DNA from: Hamiltosporidium tvaerminnensis FI-OER-3-3
Lineage: Eukaryota; Fungi; Microsporidia
Assembly (NCBI GenBank): GCA_022605425.2
Contig: CM061246.1
Span: 1,860,001 to 1,924,000, forward strand
Direction of reading: 5' to 3'
Length of the DNA stretch: 64,000 bases
In this document: positions 25,233 to 38,500 of the stretch, piece by piece
Numbering within the stretch: the first letter of the stretch is position 1
How the letters are laid out: the number at the start of each line of letters is the position of its first letter
Notes under the pieces: generated by a model
What the model was told of the DNA's origin: nothing
What the model saw: the letters and a program-made list of their open reading frames with translations, nothing else
Database searches by the model: none
Made by a program: the position numbers and the translations under genes

Positions 25233-25950
25233 CCTTATTTGAAAAACATCAAATCATAATAATATAGTGGCATGCGTTACATTGTTTTTCATATCATTAA
25301 CGCAATTCTGGGTTTAACATGAACAACTGGTTCCTAAACTCCATCGGTACTATCTTCGATACCTACGTTCCTAACCCTTTCATCGTTCAAGTATGTAGAA
25401 TTTAATTGACGGGTAAGAACATTACCTAGAGTTTGTTAATGTTTATTGCATGGAGTGTGATCTTAGGCCCAACCCATCTTTGGCTTTCCTGAAACTGTGC
25501 AGCATTCTCACTTACTTTACACTTTCCAAACCTAATAAACTTTGGCTAATATGTATATCGGAGACCTACAGGATCTTCACCAAGATAGTGCAATAGCATA
25601 CTAACAGATATAACATTCTATTTAACTTTCCTGCTTTTATATAGCTTTATTTTCGTATTTCAGACCCAAATTCTTTAAACCCGTATGATTATAGGTAGGT
25701 TATCCTGTCTTACACTGTAATTACTAAAAGTTTAGATGAACTCGCAATCTTGTTACTAAAAAACTACAAAATACATTCTCAGAAAAGGTTTCGCCGTTCT
25801 AAAGACATGATTCTTTTCAAACAAACTCTCATGCTGCAACCGAAAATTTACTCTGGTTTTTTTCCTACTAAAAATTCAAATAATAATCTTTAAACTTATT
25901 TCGTGCCTTCGTTGCAGAGCAAAAAATTGATATTGTGGTTATTCTCCCTC
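25233..25950 (-). mobile_element. 730-bp structured element, diverged copy
   Basis: Colinear with 59108-59840 along its length. Confidence 0.85.
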
Positions 25951-25977
25951 GACCTGTAATTTATTAGCACGTATCAA

Positions 25978-26480
25978 ATTTTATTTGATGAAATTCAGGG
26001 TTAAGTTTTTCCCATCTATTTTCTCACATTAATCTTCTCTCCTGCATCTGACTTCCGTTAAATTTATTTTGATTTCACTACTAGAGTTCCGCAGTATAAA
26101 ACAGAAGGTAAGTTAATTTTTTGTGTTTACTTCTTAGACCATCTTCTTTATTATTTTCTCTCTTTGAGAAAGTGTTGATCCTTGTGTATTTCAGCTTCTT
26201 ATAATAACCATGTATAATTATCTCAACTCTCTTACCATTTGATCCTGACTCAATTCCCTTTCGTCCATCAAAGGAAATTTTTTTGACTGTTTTTAAAGTT
26301 ATATAGACCAAGCGCAAGTATCTACATTCATCAGCATTGGAATTCTTCCTAAGTATGTTGTATAGTTTTTTTGATAAAAAAGTCATAGATTTTACATGAA
26401 TGATTATCTCGGCACCACATTTACAAATTAGTACTAATTCATAAGACAAGAATATAAATTTTCGTTAATAGTTTATTCAG
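25978..26480 (-). mobile_element. 3' fragment of the R4/Dong-like element
   Basis: LKTVKKISFDGRKGIESG resembles LKKTVETISFDRRRGLESG; 3' end aaccctgaatttcatcaaataaa. Confidence 0.75.
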
Positions 26481-27264
26481 GATTTAAAGGTTGGGGGTTT
26501 TATCATATGCTTCGCATTAGATTTTTCATTTTATCTAAAAATTCTTATATAAAAAAATTTTCATCTAATTATCCATCAAATACAATAGATGAAGTGCTTA
26601 TTATGCAGTTATTTGTTCTGCTAATACAGTTTTCGACTGATTTTTTGTAATCGGTGCTTATTATTTCTAAATATTTTGTGTACAAAAGAGATTGATGCTA
26701 TCTCTCAAATAATAGTAGTTTATACAGTAAAATTGTCTAAAAATTATATATTTTTCAATACAATGTATGCTATGAAATTAATGATTCTTCTTGTATCTCT
26801 GCAAACCTTTCTATAGGTTTCAACAAGATTTTAGCGACTTGAAAATATGTTATAAAACTATATTTTCAAGTGAAATCGGATTATATAGATTGAATTTTTA
26901 TTTAGCTTATTTTTTGATAGCTGTTTTAATATATTTATGATGATTTACAAGAATATCATTAAGATACTTCTTGAAGAATTATCTAAAATTTTATTTACAC
27001 ATGAGATTCAAGTTTATTGCCAGCTTTTTATACATCTACTTTTTATTTTACGCCTCTGTAGCGAATCTTTCAATAAATTCATATTCAAAAAGTGTCTTCT
27101 TGAAAATTTCCATTAGAATTAAACTGATATTTACATTTGTGTAAAAATTTTCCATCATATGCGCAACAATAATTTAAATGCATATTTAGAAATCTTATTG
27201 CACTGCTTAACTTCTCCTTTATATGAAAAATCTGAATTTATATCTATTTTATATAAATAAAAGA

Positions 27265-27985
27265 GGTGGAGGGTGGATAACCACTTAAAAAACTTTCTGC
27301 TTGGCAATGAGTATATGAAACTGGTATGAGGTCATTGTTTGGATTTTTGGTTAGAATAAAACCACATTGCATCTTTGTTTGTTCCATGGGAGTTGTTATG
27401 AGGAGGAGAAGTCTACGAAAAAGCGAAACTTTCTCTAAAAATTTATTTGAAGTTTTTTATGTAACAAGATTGCAGACCGCTGCTGAATATGTAGGTAATT
27501 GCCATGTAAAAGCACTGAAACCTAGCCTTGCTCACTCGGGTTAGAAGACTTAGCGCCCAGGAGATATAAAAATAAAAACCATTAAAAGCCGGAAGAGCTA
27601 CGTAGTAGGTTATGTCTGTTAGTATGGCATTGTACTGTCAAGGTAGACCCCATGTAAGTCTCTGAAATATATCTTAGCTAAAAGTTTATTTGGTTCAGAA
27701 AGTCTAGAGTAAGTGGAAATGCTGCATAATCTTGGAGGTATCCAGAAAGGGCTTCGATTACACCCCATGAAACGAACATTTCTGAATTCTAGGCAACTAC
27801 CTCGCCTATTAATTAGGTTCTACACACCCGTAGATGAAAGGCTTTGGGGCGTAGGTATCGCAGAAGTGTCCGATAGTGTGTTATGGTAGCAGTTATTTAT
27901 GTTAAACCTAGAACAGCATCAATTCCATGAAAACAAATATAAAACTTGCCGCTTTTTAAAAAGAGGTAATACTTTTAAACAATGT
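27265..27985 (+). mobile_element. 730-bp structured element, full-length copy
   Basis: High similarity to 59108-59840 from gtggagggtggataaccac to tacttttaaac. Confidence 0.92.
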
Positions 27986-28952
27986 GCTTTATTAGTATTA
28001 TTTGAAAATATATAAACTGAAATGACCACCTTATATAATCATCAGTCGCCAAAAGGATACCTTTTAAATAGTATCAATTAAATTTTTGATTAAAATCAAA
28101 CCAAAATTTTTAAGCGAACGAACAAAAAGAAGTAAAAGATTTAGAAAGAGATAAATAAAACCTCTAAATACATTCATTTGGTCTTCCACAAAATATTTTT
28201 TATAAGTTTATGTATAGGATACCAACACCTAATCTTAAAAGATAGGCGTTCATTCAAATGTATATACACGATATTTAATATTTAATAATTAGTATATCTT
28301 AAATAAATTTGTAAAATATTATCTTTCAAAACATATTTATTCAGTATAATCATAATAAACCTATTTAAAAATATTTTAAGCAAATTGATTATATTTAAAA
28401 TTAAATGTAATTAAAAATAAATATTAATAGAATTCGGATCTACTTTTAAAAAATTTATTCGTAAAAGTTTGAATATAATAAAAAAAAAGCAAAAATTAAC
28501 TTTACATTTATAGTTTGTCAAAGTTTTTCAAATTTTTTCACATTTTATTATAAAACTAGTATAAATAATATTTTCAAGAAATTTATTGCTTTGATATAAA
28601 CAGATAAAAAATTAAAAATACTTTGATAAAAAGAAAAAAGAAATTTGAATTTAAGTGTTTAAAAAAATTGAAATTTATTTTTTTTAAACATTTATTCACC
28701 ATAAATTTGTATAAAACTTTGTCTCAAAAAGTATAAATTTTTGTTCTAAAATTCAAATTTCATTAAATTTTGGTTTTGTTTTTCTAATATAAAAATATAA
28801 AATAAAAGAAAAATAATATTTTATATAGAATTTCCCAAGTATAGTTTAATATTTCCTATAATATTGCAATTGAAATAAGTTTTAAATAATTTCATTTCAT
28901 TGGTTTTTATCATTTAGTTTTTTTAAAAAAAAATTAGAAACCCTTTAGAAAT

Positions 28953-29444
28953 ATGGCGCTACCTCTTTCTAATTTCGCATCTTTTTTAATGTGCGGGTAC
29001 TTACAACAAATTTTAGAATCGAAAGGTGATTGTGAGAAGAAATTAGAGACACTTGGAAAGGATATTGGTATGAAATTTTTGGAAATATATGAGATAAGGC
29101 GTTCAAATAAGATTGTGGATATATTGGAAAGTATTACTTATACGTTTTTGCCTAAAATATATACTAGTAATCGGTATGTAGAGAAATCTAAAGATTTTGA
29201 AAATGTGTTTTTAATTATTGAAGATACGCCTTTTTTTGGCAAATATATTTCTGCTCCTAAAAGATGTGAAGGTTTTTGTGCAGATAGTATTACTGGTGGT
29301 ATTATAAGTGTGGTGTTGACTTCTTTTGGATATAAGAATACCGTGACTGCTTGTCTTTCGCCAAGCAAAAATATTTTAACAAAAGTAGTTTATGTTATTA
29401 AAATAAACACAGAAGATTTACAACGAGAGAAAAGATATAGTTAA
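28953..29444 (+). CDS. TRS31: TRAPP complex Bet3-family subunit, most like Trs31/TRAPPC5
   Basis: KLETLGKDIGMKFLE, KYISAPK and ITGGIISVVLTSFGY..TVTA. CCC upstream of the ATG. Confidence 0.75.
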   Translation: MALPLSNFASFLMCGYLQQILESKGDCEKKLETLGKDIGMKFLEIYEIRRSNKIVDILESITYTFLPKIYTSNRYVEKSKDFENVFLIIEDTPFFGKYISAPKRCEGFCADSITGGIISVVLTSFGYKNTVTACLSPSKNILTKVVYVIKINTEDLQREKRYS

Positions 29445-29730
29445 AAATATATAGCAAATTCTAATGCAGATTAATATTTTTTTAAGAATGTATAATTAAT
29501 AATTGAAAAGATATAGCAAGTTTTTATACGATCTAATAATTTTTCAAAAGTATAACTAATAATTAAAAATCTATAGCAAATTTTTATGCGATCTAGTGAT
29601 TATTTAAAACTGTAGTATTAATAATTGTAAAGATATGGCAATTTTTTATGCGATCTAGTAATTTTTTTATTTACAGAGAAAATATCATTAATAATTAAAA
29701 AGATATAGCAAGTTTTTATGCAATGCAATA
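29445..29730. repeat. ~60-bp degenerate tandem repeat between convergent genes
   Basis: About five units containing ATATAGCAA(A/G)TTTTTATGCGATCTA. Confidence 0.7.
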
Positions 29731-29771
29731 AAATTAAAAAATATATATTGTACAAGTTTATTTCAAGATTA

Positions 29772-30878
29772 TTATTTGTTTGTGCCTAGGTTATTTACAT
29801 TTAAAAAATTATTTGCTTGATCTAAATAATCGTATCTTCGATTTGAAGAATCTATTTTTCTATGTGAAAGCCCTCCTCCTTTTGAATAGATAGAATCAAA
29901 TCTTTTATAAAAATCATGTATTTCATCTTTATTTATACTATTTAAATTTATAAAACTATAACTATGCGATCCGTTCATACTATCAGTATTAAAAATAGGA
30001 GAATCTGTTATTTTCTTTGGTTTCTTTTTTCTTGGCTCATCATTATCACTAACAATATTAGGATCTAACGCCCAGTATCCACCTTTACCAGGAGATCCTT
30101 TACTTCTAGCGATTTTAACAAAACATTTATTTAAAGAAAGATTGTGACGAATAGAATTTTTCCAAACACCGTCTGCATTTTTAAAATATTCATAATTATT
30201 TACAATCCATGTATAAATTTCATTCAAAGTGAGTTGTGGTTTTCCACCTTTTTTGAGTGCCATCGTAATTAATTGTGCATATGAATACGGTGGTTTTTCC
30301 GAGTTAATTTTACTTTCTACTTCTGTTTCATCTGCTATTACCTTGGGATTAATACATGCAATAGGTTTGCCTCTTTCCTTGGAATAGAATTGTAGAGTGC
30401 TGTCATTTTTAAAAATATCTTTTTCAAAATAATTATTGCTCTGCTGATTTCTTATGTCCTGAACCATACTAGAAGATAGTTCATTTGAAAAATAATTTTG
30501 AAACAATTTGAATCTTGGTGTTTGTGTTTCTTTAATCAATTGATTTGTACATTTTTCAGAATTTAAAATATTTCTAATTTCCATATTTTTTTCATTCATC
30601 TGAAAATTCGTATTGCTTAAGTTTAATTTTCTTTTAAACAAAATATTTCTATTTTCTATTTTATTTTCATCACAATTTTCAAATGATTTACCATTATTTG
30701 TATAATTATCGTGATTTAAATGACCAGGTTTCTCTACTTTGACTTCATTTGTCTGGTTTGAAGAAAAAGATTTGACATTTTTGAAATTGATATCATTATA
30801 ATCCACAATCATAGGCCCTGTTGTACTATAATCAAATGGATAATAAAATCCAACTCTATCATTTCCAATAAAATACAT
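29772..30878 (-). CDS. Forkhead-box transcription factor
   Basis: KPPYSYAQLI...LTLNEIYTWI...WKNSIRHNLSLNKCFVKI..PGKGGYW. The ATG at 30878 (CCC upstream) is preferred over the non-ATG start at 30908. Confidence 0.93.
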   Translation of the reverse strand: MYFIGNDRVGFYYPFDYSTTGPMIVDYNDINFKNVKSFSSNQTNEVKVEKPGHLNHDNYTNNGKSFENCDENKIENRNILFKRKLNLSNTNFQMNEKNMEIRNILNSEKCTNQLIKETQTPRFKLFQNYFSNELSSSMVQDIRNQQSNNYFEKDIFKNDSTLQFYSKERGKPIACINPKVIADETEVESKINSEKPPYSYAQLITMALKKGGKPQLTLNEIYTWIVNNYEYFKNADGVWKNSIRHNLSLNKCFVKIARSKGSPGKGGYWALDPNIVSDNDEPRKKKPKKITDSPIFNTDSMNGSHSYSFINLNSINKDEIHDFYKRFDSIYSKGGGLSHRKIDSSNRRYDYLDQANNFLNVNNLGTNK

Positions 30879-33264
30879 GTAATAGATAATTTGGGTATTT
30901 TTTAACACTAAATTTAATTTTATATTCTAGAATTTTAATAATTCCTTAAAAAGATACAAAAAATGTATTTAAAATTTTATAATACCAAATTTATAAATTA
31001 ATTAGAAATTCCTAATAAAATTTGTTATATTTAAAACAAAGACTTTATACGATTTAAAAAATAATTTTACGTAAAAATTAAACAAAAAAATAAAACTTTA
31101 AAAAATATTTAAATTTCACTTTTCTTTAAAACTTTACACGAGTTCACTTAAATTGTAATTAATATTTTTTATTTAATTAATTTTTTAAATCTAAAAGACT
31201 TTCAAATTGACATATTCTGATTATGCAATGATAAATTTTTTTAAAAATATCTTATTTTCATAAATCATTCTATTTATTTCTTTATAATATAAATGAAAAC
31301 ATATTCTACGATTAATCTTAATGACTTTATAAAATTCTATTAATTTATCACTTAAAAATTTGAATAATCATTTATATTTTTCATTTAATTAATTAAATTA
31401 AATTTTTAATATAAAGATATATCTTTAAAGCCTTAATTAATAATTTTAAGATATTATTCTTTTATAAATCATTTAATAATTGTATTTTAGGATTTCTTTG
31501 AAATTCATGTGTTCTTTTAAAAAGTATTACATTATGAATACTTCTAAAGATTTTTTTATATTCTCTTAATTCATACTTTGGTTTTAATTTTCTAAAAATT
31601 AATCAATTTAATAAAATATCTCAAATGAAAAAAAAAAGTTTTATAAAAAATGATTTGATTTAAACAGATTATAAAGAATGATTTAAAATAAATTGATTAA
31701 AACTAATAAAATTGAATATTTTTATCTGTTAAATTAAAATTTTTATCGCCTTTCAATTACAAATTAGAATGCCCGATGAAAACTATTCGAATAAGGCGAA
31801 TTCATTTTATCTGCTTTTTATACAATAAATAAATTCTAATACAAATAAATTTAGTATTTTAACAATAAAATATTATAGATGAGTTATATTTTTACTAATT
31901 TACGATTATTGAAGCAAAAAAATATTGTTTTATTGTTTCTTTATTTCTTTTCTAAAATATTTATGGATTAGTCTCAGAGTTGAAATAAAATATAATTACT
32001 CTATAGCTTCTTTATTGCTTTATAAAATATTAATAGGATTTGTCCGAGAGTTGAAATTACTCTGAATTTTTTTATTTATTTTTGAAATTTATTCATTATA
32101 AGATTTTAAATCTGATTCTAATAGGAAATTGCTTATAATATATAAAAATATTTTCGTAATCATTTTATTTAGAATATCCTTTCTGATTCTAATTTATCTT
32201 TTAAATTTTAGAATACTTTTTTTGACTTTTGATGTCTACCATAATATACCTACTTTATTGACTTAAGAATGTTTTATAATACTACAACCACATTTATTTA
32301 AATTTATCTTATTTATAGTACAAATTACTTTTAGTCTTTCAATTTAAATACTTTTTATTTTCTTATCAAAAATTTAGAAATAATGTTATGTTTTTTTCTA
32401 ATACTGTAAATTTTTCTATCTAAAAATAATATATTTTTACATCTTCTTTCTATTACTCAGATTGAATTCAAGCGGGATATCCTTATAATCTTCTATACTT
32501 AGGATTTATAAACCAGACTATAAAAAATCCGAATCTATATAACCAACATAAAACGTAAAAAGTCATAATTCCTTTGTATAAGTGTCGAACTCTAATAATG
32601 AAAAAGGTTAAATTGAGAAATTTTGTATTTAATAGAATCAAAGTAATTAAATGGAAAATTTATAGATTAAAGTATTTAAAAATGTTTTTACTTTTTTCTA
32701 TTCCTTTCTTATATCTATCTGTTAATTTAAACAATTAAGATCTGCACAACTTATTTCTCATCACTAATCTATTAAGTTAGAGATATACATTTTATATTTA
32801 AAAATACAGTTATATTTTGAAATTAAAACACCAGTCTATTAGTTCAGTCTAAAACATTTAATTGTAAAATAATAGTATCTAAAATATTTAGAGTTTAATT
32901 AAAAAGAACTTCTGCCACCTAAAATCGTAATTCCCTTTAATAAAAAATCTAAATTATTTTATTAAGAAAATATGTAATATAGTTTTAGGTTTTTATAACG
33001 ATAATATTATTTTTTATATTAATATATTTTTATTAAATCTACATAATTAACTAAAATTTAGAATATTTATTTGTTTACTTTCGTCAATACAAATATTGAA
33101 CCAATAGAATATTCTTTAAAAAATATTTTATTTTTCTTAACAACTACCAATTACCATTTTATTAGATAGTATTTTAGTTTCAATATTTTGTAAAGATTTA
33201 GTATTCTTACCTCTTAGTATTCATTAAAAGATATTCTTACTACACGTTTTTACACTAAAATATT

Positions 33265-33830
33265 TGATAGGCAGAGAATTAACAACATTATAACTTTTCT
33301 ACTTGTAATGAATAAATGAAATTGGTGTGAAATTCATTTGTTCAAATTTTTAGTAAGATGAAAACTTCTTTCAGTTTCAGTATTTACGTAAAAAAATTTT
33401 TACCGAGAAGATAGTGTACGCAGTGTAACAAACTTTATACGAAGTTGGTTTGTAGTTTTTTATGTAACTAGATTGCAGACCGCAGTTGAATATGTAGGTA
33501 ATTGATATGTAAAAGGATGGGAACCTAGCTTTGTTCACTCGGGTTTGAAGATTTATGGACTAGGATATATAAAAACAAAACTCTTTAAAGCAAGGAATGC
33601 TAATTAGAAGGTTATACCTGTTAGTATGGCATTGCACTGTCTAAGTAGACCTCATATAAGTCTCTGAAATATATCTTAGCTAAAAGTTTATTGGGTTTAT
33701 AAAGTGTAGAGTAAGTGTTAATACTGCATAGTCTCTGGTAATCTCAATATGAGTTTCATTCTAAGATCACACATCATGAAACAAACAGAAACGATCTTTG
33801 AAACACCCTCGTCAATAACTTAGTTCTACA
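33265..33830 (+). mobile_element. 730-bp structured element, decayed copy with 3' deletion
   Basis: Core ttgtagttttttatgtaactagattgcagaccgcag...tctctgaaatatatcttagcta is shared with the other copies. Confidence 0.85.
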
Positions 33831-34239
33831 ATATTTTACTTAAATATTTATAATTTAGATATCACTCTAGTCCCCAAACAGGGGTAAGGAAGTAATTTTT
33901 TATTTTTAACTTATAATTACATTAATTTCATAACATTATAAAATATCTACTCTCTTAAAAGTTGTAATATTTTTCAATAAAAAGATATTCTTAAAATTCT
34001 TTTTAATTCTCATAAAACAAGATAACACTTAAACGAATAATAAGGAAGTGAAAAACAAAAACTATTTATTTACAATTAACACTCTATTATACACATATAT
34101 CTGTTATAGTTAACACCCTCCTATTGGTTTCACTTATTCAGGCAAATCATACTTAACAATACTAGTCATTAACACCCCTTTTTTACCAGTACCGTCCTTA
34201 TCACCCTCTTATTTATAGATACTCTTGATTAACACCCTT

Positions 34240-34790
34240 TTACTTATTGAACTCTTTATTAACACCCTCTTACTCGATAGTACTAATCAGTAACACTACA
34301 TATTATAACGCCCTCTTATCACCACACCTTTTTACTTACTAGACTGTTTATTAACACCCTCTTATTCGATAGTGCTAATCAATAACACTACATATTATAA
34401 CACCCTCTTATCACCACACCTTTTTACTTACTAGACTCTTTATTAACACCCTCTTACTCAATAGTACTAATCAATAACACTACATATTATAACACCCTCT
34501 TATCACCACACCTTTTTACTTACTAGACTCTTTATTAACACCCTCTTACTCAATAGTACTAATCAATAACACTACATATTATAACGCCCTCTTATCACCA
34601 CACCTTTTTACTTACTAGACTGTTTATTAACACCCTCTTATTCGATAGTGCTAATCAATAACACTACATATTATAACCTCTTATCCCACACCTTTTTACT
34701 TATTAGACTCTTTATTAACACCCTCTTACTCAATAGTACTAATCAATAACACTACATATTATAACACCCTCTTATCACCACACCTTTCTC
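34240..34790. repeat. 92-bp minisatellite, ~6 copies
   Basis: TTAACACCCT marks unit starts at 34259, 34351, 34443, 34535, 34627 and 34715. Confidence 0.95.
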
Positions 34791-35317
34791 TATATCCCTA
34801 TACTTATCCCTATGCATATAACACTACATAATATTATAACACCTATAATAACATATAACACCTCAATCCTTCTTCTAACACCCTCTCTTACTAAATAACA
34901 CCTAACAATCTCACAATATAATTAGTATAACGTAACACCCTTTATATCATTTAATATGTACATTTCATATAATTTGTATTCTTTAAGAAGTGTTAGTAAA
35001 TATATTTGAAGGTTACTTGTTTTATTGTTAGGTAGCATATTAAGGGGTAAGAGATATAGGGATATTAGGTATATATTAGATTACATAAGGATATTAAGAA
35101 TATATTAGATTATTTATAGATATATATTAGATTAATTAGAGATATATAGAGATATTTATAGGGTACTAAGTAAAATAACCATAACAACTTTATACTTTAA
35201 AATGTAAATTTAGAATAAATAAAATATTAACTAACATATTCTTTACTTACAAATAACTCCCTCTTAAATATACTATATTACATATTACTAACACCCTCTT
35301 AACATACTCTTATAATT

Positions 35318-35532
35318 AACACCCTCTTAATAAACCTATATTACAATCCTTATCAATAACACCCTCTTAATAAACCTATATTACAATCCTTATCAATAAC
35401 ACCCTCTTAATAAACCTATATTACTGTCCTTATTATTAACACCCTCTTAATAAACCTATATTACAGTCCTTATTATTAACACCCTCTTAATAAACCTATA
35501 TTACTGTCCTTATTATTAACACCCTCTTAATA
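35318..35532. repeat. 40-bp minisatellite, ~5 copies
   Basis: ACCCTCTTAA at 35321, 35361, 35401, 35441, 35481 and 35521. Confidence 0.95.
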
Positions 35533-35565
35533 CACTATACTCTTATTATCACATACTCTATCCTC

Positions 35566-38500
35566 TTACTTCCTGTTACTTATAACTCTACTCGGTGTTC
35601 CATTAACAATACTTCTTATTTTACCAGGCACTTTATAACTACCTTTTACAGTAGGAGTACTAACATTATAAGGTGTTACTACACGTGTTACACTATGAGG
35701 ATACCCATTACCACCAGCATACTGATATGTTGTTACAGAAGGGGTAGTTGAAGTAGCAGGTCTGGTTACAGGTACGTTATTAACTTTATTACTTACTTTA
35801 ACAGACTGTGGATTTGTATTACCATTGATTACCTTATAAGTACTACCAACACCTCCTTTAGGAACTGTATATGAAGTATAAGTAACCCCCCCTTTACCTC
35901 CTCCTTTACCTACTTGTTTTACTGTCTTAGTAATAGGACCATCTTTTGTTCGTTTACCTGTTATTTTACTTGTTAATCCTTTAACTCCTGGATGATTTTC
36001 TACGGTTCTTTTTTCTGAAACTTTTACTGGCATATAAACAGTTTTATTGATTTGTCTTGGTTGCATAACATACTTGGTCTCTGTTACAGTTACTTTCTTC
36101 TTAGTAGGTGCTGGTACAGTAATACTTTGTCCTAAAGTATTACCGATAAGATATAACACCATACTTTCTATATAACTAGAATTATCACCAAAAACTCTTG
36201 AAATTTCTTCTTTTAAATTTAAATAATTTTTATACGAATCCGGTGTGTTATAAGTCTTAATAAACGTATTTATAATATTCTTATCAAAACCTGAAACTTT
36301 ACTTTCGAATTCTTCTTCGCCTATATTTAAACTTTTACTTAAATCTTGTTTCTTATGCTTTAGACCGTCTATTACAGTGTCTCCTACACTTACCACTTTC
36401 TGTGTGACTAACTGTTTATTCTTTATTGTGTCTACATCTTCATCGTTGAGAGGTCGACTGGCACTCGCAATTATTATTTCTTTGGATTCGACAGGTAAGT
36501 GGTTAAAAGCATTTCTAACGTTTATTATTTCACTGGTTGTTGGATCAGTAACACTCTCTTCTAAACCTTTCTTACTTATAACTTCTTCGTAGGATTCTTT
36601 TCCTGGTTTTCCTTCGGTTATGTTCAAACTCGTGGATTTCTTGGCTTCTTCTTCTTTTTCTTCTAAAGGTAAAGTGTCTGTGCCTTGGATTATACCAACA
36701 CCCTCCTGTCCGGCTTCCTTAACGACTTTTTCGGGGACATGTGTGATATTTACAAGCGCATCACTGAGAGGAACTTGCTCAGCTACTCCGTACGGCGGAA
36801 CAAGTTTGACGTAGGATCGACCACTGGGATTTGTGATGACTTCTGCTGTCGTGTTATCAAGTTGGGCAATTTTTTTCCGTAATTCGTTTACTTCTGGATC
36901 GGCACTTCTCTGAACTCTGACAGGTGTGTTTATGGTGGGTCTAAGTCTCTTGCTGTATTTAGACCACGGCTCCATCTTCAAAGCACCTTTCGCTATGTCT
37001 AACCCGGTAGCACGACTTATGTCCAATTTATTGCCGTTTTTATCGACAAGCATGTGAACAGGGTCTGCATTTCTAGGACTCGGTACTTCCATTTCTGTTC
37101 CTGAAGCATCTGCCACATAATATCCTCTGCCTATTGGTATGTCTTTTCTTTCACCTGTATTTATCATATGAACAAGTTTAGAAGTATCTATATTGTCTTT
37201 TTCCATGTCTGGTTTAGCACTCTCATCGAAATAAACACGACCATCTTCTATATCTATCTTCTCTGCACTTTCTGGAATATTAAGGTTTCCATCTTCACCT
37301 TCTATAACATTTAAAGGAGAATCAAATTTCTTTTTGGTAATTTTATTTCGTAAATCGTCTTTAAGTTGATTTCTTTTTCTCTTTGCTGCTCCTTCTACTT
37401 CATTGTTGGCTGGTGGGTCATTGAAAGTCTTTAAAGGGAAATCCATTTTACCATTTCGTATGTCGACAGAGGATGTGTCATCAGGAACGGTTCCTATAAT
37501 TCCAAGCTCGGTGTTCTTATCTAAGAGAGGTGGTGGAATGTCATTACTAGTGAGATCAGCTGCGATACCAGATTCTATTTCTTTGTCCCATTCTTCTGGT
37601 CGGGGTGGAATGAGAGGACGGGGTGTGATTGGTACGCCTTCGTTTGCCATGTTGATTTGTGCTGCAATTTCGGCTGCCTTTTGTCTTTCCTTATCCGCAA
37701 GAAGTTCATTCATCCTTCTGTCTGCTGCACCGGCTGCTCGCGCTGCTATTTCATCTCTGTCTGCCATTTCTTGGGATGCTCGTGCAGCTTCTGCTAGACC
37801 TGCTTCTCTAGCTGCCTCTTCAAGTGCAATTGCTTCTTCATCTGGAATATAGATGGGCTCTTTTGTTAAGACAGGAACTATGGGTGGTTCGACAAATGGA
37901 ACAGGAAGTAATTCGTTGGCAACAGGAACAGCTGATTCAGCAGCAACACGAGCACCGATGGCTTCAGCTTGTTCCTTGGTTGCACCTGCGTCAAGAGCTG
38001 CCTGTTCGTGATCTACTGCTCGTTTAGCCAAAGCAGCTGCTTGTCCCTCAGCTGCGCCTTTTTCTGCTGCTTCTGCCATGTCCAAGGCCTCCTGTGTACG
38101 TGCTGCATCTTCAGCTGCGTCTCTTGCTGCCTTCGCAGCATCACGTGCTCGGGCCTCGGCTGCTACTCGGGCCGCTGCTCTTTCACCAGCTACGGCTGTT
38201 TCTGCATCGCTGGCTCCTGCAGCCCGAGCTGCTGCTCTCGCTTGTTTGGCAGCTTCCAACGCTTTCTCTGCATCTTCCTCTTCCTGTGGATTGTATTTGG
38301 CTCCAGCTCTTCTATTTTCTCTTTCGGCTGCAGCTCGAGCAGCAGCAGCTGCTTCTACATCAGTGGCTCCATTGGCTTTTGCTTCCAGTGCTGCCTTCAA
38401 CCCTGCCTCACCTGCACGAGGTGCTTCTCTTCCCATCGCAGCAGCTGCTTCTTCCATTTTAGCAAGATCTCCGTTTCTAGCGTGTGCTTCTGCTCGTTCA

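Noticed and set aside
34240-34790. CRISPR-like appearance of the regular repeats
   Set aside because: The units are near-identical throughout with no unique spacers, the context is eukaryotic, and no cas genes are present.
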